Source: Octopus sinensis
Lineage: Eukaryota
Assembly: GCF_006345805.1 (NCBI RefSeq)
Contig: NC_043003.1
Location: 6,944,001-7,008,000 of the forward strand
Reading direction: 5' to 3'
DNA length: 64,000 nucleotides
Shown: positions 12,912 through 24,010 of the stretch, piece by piece
Layout of the letters: each line of letters begins with the position of its first letter
How positions within the stretch are numbered: position 1 is the first letter of the stretch
The notes under the pieces: model-generated
What the model was told of the DNA's origin: nothing
The model's input: only the letters and a program-made list of their open reading frames with translations
Databases searched by the model: none
Made by a program: the position numbers and the translations under genes

Positions 12912-13010
12912 TATCTGTAAAATAATATGTGACAATTATTCGGTAGCCAAGATAAAACTCTGAGTTTTATCTTGACTATTGAATAATTGTCACATATTAT
13001 TTTACAGATA
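12912..13010. repeat. Inverted repeat, 49-bp arms (3 mismatches), Penelope-like terminal sequence
   Basis: Centre ACTC-T-GAGT at 12961; the left arm matches 18180-18211. Confidence 0.85.
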
Positions 13011-13789
13011 AATTACCTCTATTTACATAGTATTGTGGTCTCTTTCTTTCTTTTGTTATCTTACCGTTTTTACCAATATATATATATATTATATATATAT
13101 ATATTACATAACTTAGGAGAAAGAGTAATATCCACACACCTTTTTAGAAAGACCCTTTCTTAATGGGATGAAGAGAAGATATCTTCAGAACAGAGACTTG
13201 CCCCAGAATTTGGACACCCAGGAGCCCAAGGGTCAGTGGATGAATAAGTTACCTCTGGTTTCAAGTCATCACTTGGCTTTAAGTTACCCCACTTACTGTC
13301 CTTAAGTCCCCACTTGCCTGAAATCACCTCTTAGCTTTGAAGTGACAGATGAAGTCTACCACCCAAAAACAGTAGCAACCATTTCCACAAGCTTTCCAAC
13401 AAAGTTTTGGTTGAAAGCACTTATCCAAAGGGTCAAACTGGGAGATTGAACCTTGAAAATCTCCAAGTTGTATTTGCAGAGAATTGCAAACAAGACACAG
13501 TATTAAAATACTTAGAGCTTAACTTTATCCAAGAAGTTATTCTAATTAAAGGCAGGGATTAAAGCTGCTAACCATTCTTTTCAAACAATAATCAGCAGTG
13601 AATATGAAAGTGTAACAGTCATGCCATTGCCCAAAGCATTCTTCATTAGAGACCCAGGTAAATATTTTTGGTTCTACAGGTAAATTAAAACAGTATTGAC
13701 TCTGAAATTATTGCTGGAACTTCTCAGCATTTGATAGAATGGCCTCGTCTTGTGTCTTTCTTGAGCCAATATGGAAGTATTATACATAC

Positions 13790-14185
13790 TCTTTTATTGT
13801 TTCAGTCATTTGACTGCGGCCATGCTGGAGCACCGCCTTTAGTCAAGCAAATCGACCCCAGGACTTATTCTTTGTAAGCCCAGTACTTATTCTATCAGTC
13901 TCTTTTGCCGAACCACTAAGTGACGGGGACATAAACACACCAGCATCAGTTGTCAAACAATGCTAGGGGGACAAACACAGACACACAAACACACACGTAC
14001 ATATATATATATATACATATATACGACAGGCTTCTTTCAGTTTCCGTCTACCAAATCCACTCACAAGGCATTGGTCGGCCCAGGGCTATAGCAGAAGACA
14101 CTTGCCCAAGATGCCACGCAGTGGGACTGAACCCAGAACCATGTGGTTGGTTAGCAAGCTACTTACCACACAGCCACTCCTGCGC
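13790..14185 (-). mobile_element. SINE family C, full length
   Basis: Same head, body and tail as 6585-6975. Confidence 0.9.
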
Positions 14186-14816
14186 CTACATGGTCATACA
14201 TGGTCATTCTGTATTAGAATAGCAGTTAAATCACAAACATACTGGCTTAAGAGAAAAAAAGAATAACTGGAAGAACATATAGCTAATGCAATCCAAGATA
14301 CACTACACTCAAACAGAAATGGCATGGTGGTCACAACCGGAGTGCTTTCGACTGTAGGTTTATTCTTTCAAAACTAATTTGTAATTCAGTAATACGGTTT
14401 GTTGAGGAGTGTGCAAATTAACAGGTAGTTAATCCAAAGTCAACCACTTTTAATGTTTATGTATTCGTTTTGTAAGATTCTTGATGTGAAATTGGGTCCT
14501 GAAACAAATATTGTTAGATTTTGGGACAGTCGTTTTTTTGGGTTTTTTTTGTCTGAAATCTTTCATCACACATCCTGTGTCCTCTGCAGCAACTCCCCAT
14601 CCCACAGGTCTCTTCTTGTCCTATTTTATCCATTCTCTGATCAATTCCCTTTAAGTTGTAATCTACTCTTAAAAGTACTCCAATTTTTTTATTTCAATGT
14701 ATCTATGACTTTTTTTAAAAACGTACGATGTAATTTAAAGCAGATTTGGTAGCTATTTCTAGCAGATCAAGTCGTCACATATAGGTGACGTCGGTAGCTT
14801 ACCGTTGACATGTATG

Positions 14817-14949
14817 CACTAGCGTAGATAGTGGGTCACTAGGGGCGCACTTTTGGGTCTGCTGTAAGCAATATGTTTTTTGTGGGGTCGGGGGAAGGCA
14901 GAAAACGGAAGAGCCACCCCGGGTAGCACACACTCTAGCTACGCTAATG
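14817..14949. mobile_element. 133-bp MITE, hAT-type (15-bp imperfect TIRs, 8-bp TSD)
   Basis: TIRs CACTAGCGTAGATAG / CTAGCTACGCTAATG; TSD CATGTATG at 14809-14816 and 14950-14957. Confidence 0.8.
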
Positions 14950-15401
14950 CATGTATGTATTGTTTAACCCCAGGGCAATCGCAACTAAGAAAACTCATGA
15001 TCAACGGGATTCCAACCGTGACTGTCCCGTCTTTTTGAGTATTTCGGATTACGTTATACAATGTGGCTTTCTCTAATGGTTGAGTGTGATTTGAGGGAGG
15101 TTTGGCAGCTATTTCTAATAGATCGAACAAGAACAAGGAGGGTCCCATAGAATGACTGTTGCGTGTTCCTACTGGGAATTGAACGTGAGTATAGAACTGT
15201 TGCTCAAAAACAAACTGTTGAACCACACACACACACACACACACACATTGACATATATGGTTTGAATGATTCACTGACATTTGTCTCGCCCAAGATTCGT
15301 GTTCTCTCTTTCATTAAAAAGTGCCAATAATTTTTGTCGCGTTATAAGAATCGCTCGATCGAATTTAATTCGCCTCCAACGAAATATTCTTCGTCCATAA
15401 A

Positions 15402-15402
<1 letters not shown>

Positions 15403-15436
<34 letters not shown>

Positions 15437-15569
15437 AGTCTGTGTGTGTGTGTGTGAGAGAGTGAGTATGTGTGTGCGTGTGTTTGTGAGTGTGTGTGTG
15501 AGTGTTTGTGTGTGTGTGTGTGTGCGTGTGTGTGAGTGTGTGTGTGTGAGTGTGTGTGTGTGTGCATGC

Positions 15570-15604
<35 letters not shown>
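15403..15604. repeat. (TG)n compound microsatellite
   Basis: Direct reading. Confidence 0.95.
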
Positions 15605-15606
<2 letters not shown>

Positions 15607-16027
15607 CAAGAAGGCGATGTAATATGGTAGCGACTGCCTATACTAAATTCCTTGAGAAAGTCATGAACATCTCAGCATTTCATGTTCCTTTCTCTCACAC
15701 ATAAGCAATAAGCAAACACGTCCCAATTTAACTGGAGTCGATCCTTTGCGCCCAGATACCATCATCATCATCATCATCATTCGCATCTTAATCAATTACA
15801 ACCTCGATGCGGTCGTTCGACCTGCTAGAAATAGCGACTAAAACGTGTTCAAATCATTGTCTTTTTTTTTTACAAGATAAGCAATATTGGATTGTGTAGT
15901 CTTAAATGCACTGCTTGAATAAAAGGTGGGATGGCCATTGCCGGAACGTCTTACATCATTAGTCTGCTGTTCGGTCATTGCTGACCTGGGGTTAAATAAC
16001 AAGATAAAGAAAAAAGAAAATCTGAAA

Positions 16028-16290
16028 ACAAAGAGAAAGAGATAGAGGGAGTGATAAGGAGAAACAAGGCAAGAGGGGGGAGAGAGAAGAGAGAGAAATA
16101 AGGGAAAAGCATGAACAAAGAGAGAGGGGAGAAAAGATAGGGAGAAAGTAAAGAAAAAAAGGAACAAAGAGAAAGAGATAGAGGGAGTGATAAGGAGAAA
16201 CAAGTAACAATGCAGGGGGGGAGGGTGTAGAGAGAGAAATAAGGGAAAAGCATGAACAAAGAGAGAGGGAAGAAAAGAGAGGGAGAGAGA
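16028..16290. repeat. Polypurine tandem duplication (~136-bp unit x2)
   Basis: ACAAAGAGAAAGAGATAGAGGGAGTGATAAGGAGAAACAAG at 16028 and 16164. Confidence 0.85.
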
Positions 16291-16776
16291 AAGTAGTGGG
16301 ATGTGACAGGTGAGAAACAATAGAAAGAGCGTGAAGTGAAGGGTTCGGTCCCAGATGATGTGTTTTAAGTTCTGAAAGAAATAAAAACGTGGGAAACGAT
16401 GTGATTCATACCTGAAACACAAACAGCGGGTTCTGAGTGTCGTCTGCTGGCTTCAGATTGCATAGAAATAAACTGGTCGTTTGATGGAATTGACTGGGAG
16501 GTCAGTTGGCAACGGCCACTCGTCCATTTCTTTCATTCAATAACCAAATAACATCCATCTTGACTCGCTTTTACTGCCATAAACATCCAAACTGCTGCTG
16601 AAGCAACGACTACAACCAAACCTCTATCTCACAACACCAGCTTTCTCCGCATCGCCCTCTCTCTCTCACTCATTACTCTTTCTTCCCCCACACACTTATA
16701 AATGCATTCTCACTCTTTCCCTCTATTTCTATTCCTGCTTTCTTTCTCTCTCCCCTTCCTCTTTTTGCCATATTTT

Positions 16777-16779
<3 letters not shown>

Positions 16780-16816
<37 letters not shown>

Positions 16817-16897
16817 TTTATCACTTGCTTCCCCACCTTTCTCCGTTCTTCACCACTCTCTTTCTTTCTCTCGTTCCACCTCCATCCCTCTAATTCT

Positions 16898-16931
<34 letters not shown>

Positions 16932-16937
16932 GTCTGC

Positions 16938-16972
<35 letters not shown>

Positions 16973-17151
16973 TCTATCTGTCTGCCTGTCTCTCTCTCTC
17001 TCTCACACACACACACGCATACACACATATATATATGCATATGTGTATATATGTGTGTGTGTATATCTGTCTCTCTCTCTACACACACACACGCACACAC
17101 ACACACCTATCTATCTATCTATCTATCTGTCAATCTATCTCTCTATCTGTA

Positions 17152-17186
<35 letters not shown>

Positions 17187-17216
17187 GTCTCTCTCTCTCT
17201 CTACACGCACACACAC

Positions 17217-17252
<36 letters not shown>

Positions 17253-17279
17253 CTGTCTCTCTCTCTACACGCACACCAC

Positions 17280-17360
<81 letters not shown>
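16780..17360. repeat. Higher-order compound microsatellite (CT/TATC/CA/TA modules)
   Basis: The module (TA)n-TCTG-(TC)n-TA-(CA)n recurs several times. Confidence 0.9.
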
Positions 17361-17361
<1 letters not shown>

Positions 17362-17575
17362 TAATCCAAACATGAAAACACAAAGAGAAAACACAACAAC
17401 GCGAGGACGTGGAACAAGTATAGCGTTATTGGATGCTCAGGAAAGGAAAGAAAGAAGGAGGATTTAACGTTTCGAGCGGAGCTCTTCGTCAGAAATGTAG
17501 GAAAAGGAAAGATCCAAGGAAGGGAAGACGGAGGGGAAAATCGACAACGATACACCCGCGGTCACATTATATATG
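17361..17575 (-). mobile_element. Penelope-like element terminal repeat fragment
   Basis: Contains a minimal hammerhead motif, a known hallmark of Penelope-like terminal repeats; flanked by a (TA)n tract. Confidence 0.6.
17462..17496 (-). ncRNA. Minimal type I hammerhead ribozyme motif
   Basis: ATTT-CTGACGA-A-GAGC(TCC)GCTC-GAAA-CG-TT-AAAT: 4-bp stem I, conserved core, 4-bp stem II, palindromic ACGT stem III, GUU cleavage triplet. Confidence 0.7.
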
Positions 17576-17754
17576 CACATTCCGCCGATGGCTTCGCTGA
17601 CGGAAACTTCGAAGTCATTGTTAATACAATTCTTGTATAATAAAGAATAGTAAATTTATACTCTGCCAAAAGTATGAAGTAATCCTTTACTTTGATGTAA
17701 AATTGGTTTTACCAAAGCAAAAACAAACAATAATATATTCCAAACTTCAACAAC

Positions 17755-17785
<31 letters not shown>

Positions 17786-17884
17786 TGCACGCGCGTACAC
17801 ACACATATACATCATCACCATCACGACACACGTACTGACATACATACATGTGTGCGTGTGTGTCTTCGTATGTATGTACGTATG

Positions 17885-17963
<79 letters not shown>

Positions 17964-18194
17964 GGTAATATAAAATTCTAGCGTGTAAAAAAAATTGTCT
18001 ATATTATTCATATGAATAATGGCGGTGTCCCAGCATGGCCACAGCTCGTGAGCTGAAACTAGATGAAATGAAATGAAATGAAATAAATACAGTGTACATT
18101 TAAACACATAAGAGGTATCCGTCATAAGATTCCTTGCACGCTAGAAGGAACAGCTAAAATCCAAACCGCTGTGTTTAGATTATTTGGCAGCCAT

Positions 18195-18255
18195 GATAAA
18201 ACTCCGAGTTTCGGATGTCGGGGTGGAAATCCACGCCGCCATCTATTCAGTTATC
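18195..18255 (-). ncRNA. Degenerate hammerhead-like motif in a second Penelope-like repeat
   Basis: GATAA-CTGAATA-GATG...CATC-C-GAAA-CTC-G-GAG-TT-TTATC. Stems I and III are intact; the core G8 position is T. Confidence 0.45.
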
Positions 18256-18539
18256 CGACCGTCGGAAAAAATGCTAATCCCAGCGACGCGTTGTGTCCTT
18301 GAGCAAAACATTTTATTTCATGTTACTCCAGTCCACTCAGCTGGCAAAAAAATGAGTAGTATTTCAAAGAGCCAGCCTTGTCACGCTGAATCTAACCTGA
18401 GAGCTATGTTAAGGGTACACGTGTCTGGGGAGTGCTCAGCCACTTACGATCGTATCAGCTGGAACCCTCGTCGTCGTAACCGACAGAATGCTCCTGTGTA
18501 TATACGTATATATATATATATATATATATAGTACAAATA

Positions 18540-18834
18540 AGAAAATGAGACCGATAGAATAAGTACTAGGCTTACAAAGAATAAACCCTGGGGTCGATTT
18601 GCTCAACTAAAGGCGGTGCTCCGGCAAGGCCGCAGTCAAATGACTGAAAGAAATAAAAGAAAAGAAAGAATGTGTGTGTGTGTGTGTGTGTGTGTAAGGT
18701 GCAGGAGTGGCTGAGTGGTAAGTAGCTTCAGTCCCACTGCGTGGCACCTTAGGCAAGTGTCTTCTACTATAGACTCGGGCCGACCAAAGCCTTGTGAGTG
18801 GATTTGGTAGACGGAAACTGAAAGAAGCCCGTCG

Positions 18835-18908
<74 letters not shown>

Positions 18909-19140
18909 TTATATGTGTGTGTGTGTGTGTGTACGATTGTGTGTCTGTGTTTGTCCCCCCAACATCGCTTGACAACCGATGTGGTGTGTTTACGTCCCCG
19001 TAACCTAGCGGTTCGGCAAAAAAGAGACCGATAGAATAAGTACTGGGCTTACAAAGAATAAGTCTTGGGGTCGATTTGCTCGACTAAAGGCGGTGCTCCA
19101 GCATGGCCGCAGTCACATAACTGAAACAAGTAAAAAGAGT
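18540..19140 (+). mobile_element. SINE family C tail (18540-18660) plus full copy (18697-19140)
   Basis: GGTGCAGGAGTGGCTGAGTGGTAAG head, expanded internal (TA)n, tail ACTGAAACAAGTAAAAAGAG. Confidence 0.85.
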
Positions 19141-19729
19141 ATATATATACACATACACAAAACGGTTCTGAAAGTTCTTGCCTTAAGCGAGAAGCCTGGC
19201 TAGAGGCCCAACTTTCCGAGTTCTTTAACAGGGGCTTAGAAAAACGGAAGGACCACCGCAATAAGTGTGTGAATCTAGGAGGGGAATATGTATCACCAAT
19301 ATTTTGTTTTACTCCAAACCAGGAACTTTACAGCACCCTTTGCATACACACATACACACGACAAGCTTTCAGTTTCCGTCTACGAAATCCACTTACACGG
19401 CTTTGGTCAGCCCAAGCCTGTTGTAGAAGACTTTTGCTAGGGATGTCACGCAATGGGACTTAACTATGTGGTTGGGAGACAGGCTCCCCTCCCACGCCTA
19501 TCTCTGTCTCTTTTGATGTACACTGTATAAAGATATGAGCTACTGTTTCTTGCAGTGAGGATGCGTATCCAAGCAAGTTTTTATAATAGGCCTTGTGTCT
19601 CCAAGCAATCTTCGAGTTCTCAGACTTGGAGAGACAAGGCGTGTTATAGAAACCTGCCTCGGCACGTGTCTTCCAAGCCAGAGATTATAAATAGCTCGTA
19701 TCATTATACTGTGCACATTAAGTGATATT

Positions 19730-20123
19730 GCAATTTCATCTCTGGCCTTGAATTAGTGAATTACTTCACCTTTCACCTTAAGAGGAAAATAGGGCTAGAG
19801 AGAAAATGCCTGACTGTGAAAATGTTTGAAGATCGATGGAAGAATGTAGTACGGATGTTGCGTGTGGATGGAACCTCATGGATGCGACACAGGATGTAAC
19901 TCAGGTATCAGTGGTGAGACGGGGCTCGTGGGGTCCGAATTAACCCCCTCCCACTCCATCCGTAATGTCTTCCGGTCTGTCTTATCATTCTATTTTATTA
20001 TATTTTCTTATTTTTAGTAAAATTTTAAATATCATCTTTTTGTATAATCATTCGCTCATCTGACCCCAAAATCAGATTGTATTGTCCCCTCTTTGCTGGC
20101 CCCTTGTGGGTAATAAAAAATCA
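19730..20123 (+). mobile_element. 5'-truncated Tx1/L1-like LINE, copy 1, with 15-bp TSD
   Basis: Frame 19732-19899 reads NFISGLELVNYFTFHLKRKIGLERKCLTVKMFEDRWKNVV...*. TSD ACATTAAGTGATATT at 19715-19729 and 20124-20138. Clade assignment is inferred from the C-terminal motif pattern. Confidence 0.75.
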
Positions 20124-20390
20124 ACATTAAGTGATATTTATTTCTCACTGGATGGAGTACTTTTTTGTTGATCTCACCTTAACGGAATCGTAAACTACAC
20201 ACACACACACACATACAAATACAGGTACGTCAAATACAACATAGACTCTTGATTTATCCAAATTATCTCCGTCTCTAGATAATGACTAAATAGCAATTTA
20301 AGACTAGCGCCAATTGAGGAGGGGAGATAATCTAAAGACTCAAACATTCTTAAGCTGGCATGTCATTAACTTTATTCTCTTAGCTCATTT

Positions 20391-20988
20391 GAGTTGAGGC
20401 AGTTGATGGCCTTTGCCGAACAGTTGTTGTCGGGTGCGGAAAGAGTACGACTCTCGTCCGAGTCCATGATAAAGATTGTACCACCTTCCTCTTTCGCCAA
20501 AGAAAAGAAGGTAGCTTTTCTCTGCGTAGTAACCATACTGAAAGATGTGGTATGGAAGACGCGAGCGAAAGGAATTGCGACAGGTCAATTCATCTCCGAA
20601 CGTGGGCTGGTGAATTACTTCGCTGCCCATCTGTCCAGCAAGATCCGTCTGGAGAGGAGGAGCCTGGCGCAAAGAGCGTTTGGAAAAAGATGGACGACAT
20701 TCGTAAGAAAGATGTGAATGCAAGAGGCTGTGCTTGCACGGTCGGTCGGAGCATAAAAGGAAGGAGAAATATTACCAAAAGGGATAACCAACCGGCGGGT
20801 TAACTCACTAACTCGGACCCAAAACTCATCCGATTCACATTTATATTTATAACCCTCATTCACAATATATGTAAATCCATCCGGTTTTTCACACTGTATG
20901 TAAGAAGCGAGTTTGTACCCTGAATGTCCCCTGTCTGTCCTTGTAATGTCCCCTCTATGTAAAACCTTTATCGGTTAATAAAGAAATA
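20391..20988 (+). mobile_element. 5'-truncated Tx1/L1-like LINE, copy 2, with 15-bp TSD
   Basis: ORF 20394-20717 ends VWKTR...FISERGLVNYFAAHLSSKIRLERRSLAQRAFGKRW, homologous to copy 1. TSD TCTCTTAGCTCATTT at 20376-20390 and 20989-21003. Confidence 0.8.
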
Positions 20989-21099
20989 TCTCTTAGCTCA
21001 TTTTTTTTTTTAAGTATGATAATTACCTTAGCCCTGAACATATCCTTGACTGCCGGAGATACGTAAGGATGAGGGTCATGCTAATGACGCCTATTAAGG

Positions 21100-21780
21100 A
21101 AGAATAACCCTACCCTTTTCCTTCGTAAGCAGAGCCTTGTTCTTGGCTCATTCCAGTTTGTTGTATTGGACATGGTTCTCATATTCGACAATGTCAACTT
21201 TAGGTTCTGCACGCTTTGTGAAGCAAGAGTGAACGTTTTCTTTGTTTTGCTTGACCACATTTGAGGATACCTCATGGCTGGGCGAGACAACGGGAGCTTC
21301 CTTTTTCAGGATCCTCTTCATGTAGTGCAAGCAGAATCTTTAGAATCTTTGTTCAGGGTTTTGCCAGGTAATGTCGCCAGCTGTTGATATCAGACACCTA
21401 TACATTCGTATCGCCTAGAAGCAGTACCAGGACTGTGGCTTCAAGTGTCATCTTTTCACCTGCTGCTTTTGTCTCGTTCCCATCACTGCAGAGTTTGATG
21501 GTGTTGACCAGCGTAATATATTTTTAGTGAAGTGCAGTATGATCGAAAGTGGCCCGATCCTTTGTACCCATAGTTCAACATGGCTTTACAAGCTAGGGCA
21601 GTGACATCAAGGTCCTCGGCACATATGTGACACGTAGGATTTTCCTTCTCCAAATTAGATCACCTGACAAGGCCTACAAGCTCCTTATACTCAAGTTGGA
21701 GTTTCCTCTTAGGTTTGTTGCCAACTAAGACTAATGAACTCAACCTACCCATCCGGTCACATCTGGATACACAGTCGTAT
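21100..21780 (-). mobile_element. Decayed PHD-finger-like ORF, possibly a LINE ORF1 remnant
   Basis: Frameshifted CIQCD...W...KPKRKLQLEYKELVGLVR*SNL...CHIC, followed by a helical or low-complexity region. Confidence 0.3.
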
Positions 21781-22499
21781 AAGATATAGTAAGCACTGGA
21801 GAAACTAGTACGTCTGCGAGCTTTTTGTTCGGAAACAGCAATGTAGGAGATGCTTTATCAAATGACACATGTCTTTGTAACAGATTTTATCAGGGCAAGT
21901 AAAATAAAATCACTAGAAACCTATATTGCTTTCAAATTTAAAGCACAAGATCAACAATTTCGGCGGGGAGTGAAGTCGATAACATCGACCCTAGTGCTCA
22001 ATTTGTACTTATTTTATCGACCACGAAAGGATGAAACAAAATCAATCCCAGTGAAATTTGAACTCAGAACGTAAAGACGGACGAAATGTCGCTAAGCATT
22101 TCGCCCGGCTTGCTAAGGATTTTATCAGGGGTTATGAACTTGACTGTCACCAGAACCTGCTTCTTGGCAATGTGTAGCGGAAGGGAGTGATATGTGTACT
22201 GAGAATTTTACTAATTCAAAACTATGTAACATTTTTAATTACTGTTTTAGTCGTATGACTGGAAACTATTTTTCCGTATATGCTTTTTGACACTTCACCA
22301 ACAGGTTTCAAATGGGAAGAACGAATTTTCTCTTATATTCGCTTAAACTACCAGAAACTTTTATAGCAACCAAATGTCACTCGTATCATAAACTAGCAGA
22401 GAAGTCACATTGGTTAATCTGCCTCTAGATGTTCAATGCTTGAAAGAGTCGAGCTGGTCAGACTAATTGCTAATTGCGCGAATCCATTGTCCCGTAAAA

Positions 22500-22681
22500 G
22501 TGACAGAGTTAAGTCCCCTGACAACCTTCCCACTCCTCGCTTTTCCCACAATTTTACAATCAGATCTCAGATCGAATTATTTACAAATTACTGTTTATTT
22601 TCTCTCTTCGAAATTGTCTTCTTTTGCTTCAGGGTTGACTAGTTAAAGATATTTCCCCATATTCCACTTCGTTACGTAAGT
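22500..22681 (+). promoter_or_regulatory. Candidate non-coding first exon and GTAAGT donor for the + strand ZNF gene
   Basis: Unique, non-repeat sequence; ACTTCGTTAC|GTAAGT donor at 22676. Inference only, no transcript data. Confidence 0.3.
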
Positions 22682-24010
22682 ATTACTTATCTATTGTGAT
22701 ATTTAATAAGCATGAAATCTGTTTCTTTGTCAGGACCAACAAAAGACAGAAACGAGTGGAAGAGGAAAAGGAATATTTTTTACCAATTTAAAACATTTTG
22801 GTTGTGTTTCGAACAAACAAACAAGTTTATCCGAACTAACACGATGCAAATGTCTTATTCTTATGTGCGTCTAATTGCTACCCAAACAAGGAATTGCTCT
22901 GTTAAACAGTAACTCGGCCTGCTAGAAATAACAGTCAGATTTTCTTTAAAAAAAAAAATCTCGCTACTGTCTTTTAAAAATATAGAAAAAAATTTGGTCC
23001 TAGACACAAAAATGAAGATAGTCATGGCTGGAACGCCTTTAATCGTCTAAAAGTTGCGTTGGAATTAAACAACACCTCTAAGACTACAAGGAATTTTGAA
23101 ATGATGTTAATTTTTGCCCATACATCGGTAATTTATTGTTTGCATAAATTCCTACATTTTTCCCCATTCTTCTAAAAGATAGAGCTAAGCAAAAATATAA
23201 ACACTAAGAATTACTAAGATTATGGTACGCTTTTAATATTAATTAATGTACCAAAATAATATATTTGTAGCACTGTGGCATTACTTGAAAGTTTTCGACA
23301 GGGAGGGGCGTGGAAAAACGTCGAAAAGTCGGTTTGTATCCCATATTCTATAAACTGACTTCTTATGAAGGTCTGATTTTGGCCTGGAATTTACAGGAAT
23401 TTCGATATCTACTGGGTAATTGACTACTACGAATACTATTATAACACCAACGAAGGAAAAAGCTTTTGTGTGGTCACTCTGGTTTGCTAGAAATGACAAC
23501 TACTGTCCTTTAAATCGTGTGCTGTTGCTTTTAACAAAGGACACATTAGACAATGTAAACATAGGCAGATAGAGTAGGAATAGTCACGGCTGGAATGCTT
23601 TTAATTTTAGGTTTGCTTAAGCAGAAATGACCTGGGACGAAACAACTAATACTACTATTACTACTACTACCAGCTAGCGAGCGTATACGCAATTGCTCGA
23701 CCTGCTAGAAACAACAGCTAAGTCTCAACACATAGCCTTTTAAAAAAAGGACAAGGTAGTCATAGATATAAAAGACTGAATTGTCACCGCTGGAATATTT
23801 TTAACCAGTGGTTTGTATAATATGGGTTACTCTGGATCTAAACAATATCAATTTATTGTCGTCAGAAAGTAAGAACGAGACTATGGTGCTTGTGGAGTTT
23901 TAAAATTGAAAATAAACTTAACCTTTTTGGTTTTCTTCCAGGAAGATTTTACTGAAAGGTGTTCCATATGTAACAGTCCAATCTCATCTTTACAGACGTG
24001 GTATAGCTAA

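Noticed and set aside
13300-13335. Possible minus-strand 21-nt micro-exon (TTTCAG|...|GTAAGT)
   Set aside because: Weak pyrimidine tract and no supporting coding context.
20376-20390. CTTAGC...ATTT shared by the LINE TSD and the SINE junction as a specific target site
   Set aside because: The cut register differs by ~9 nt, and the other TSD lacks the motif.
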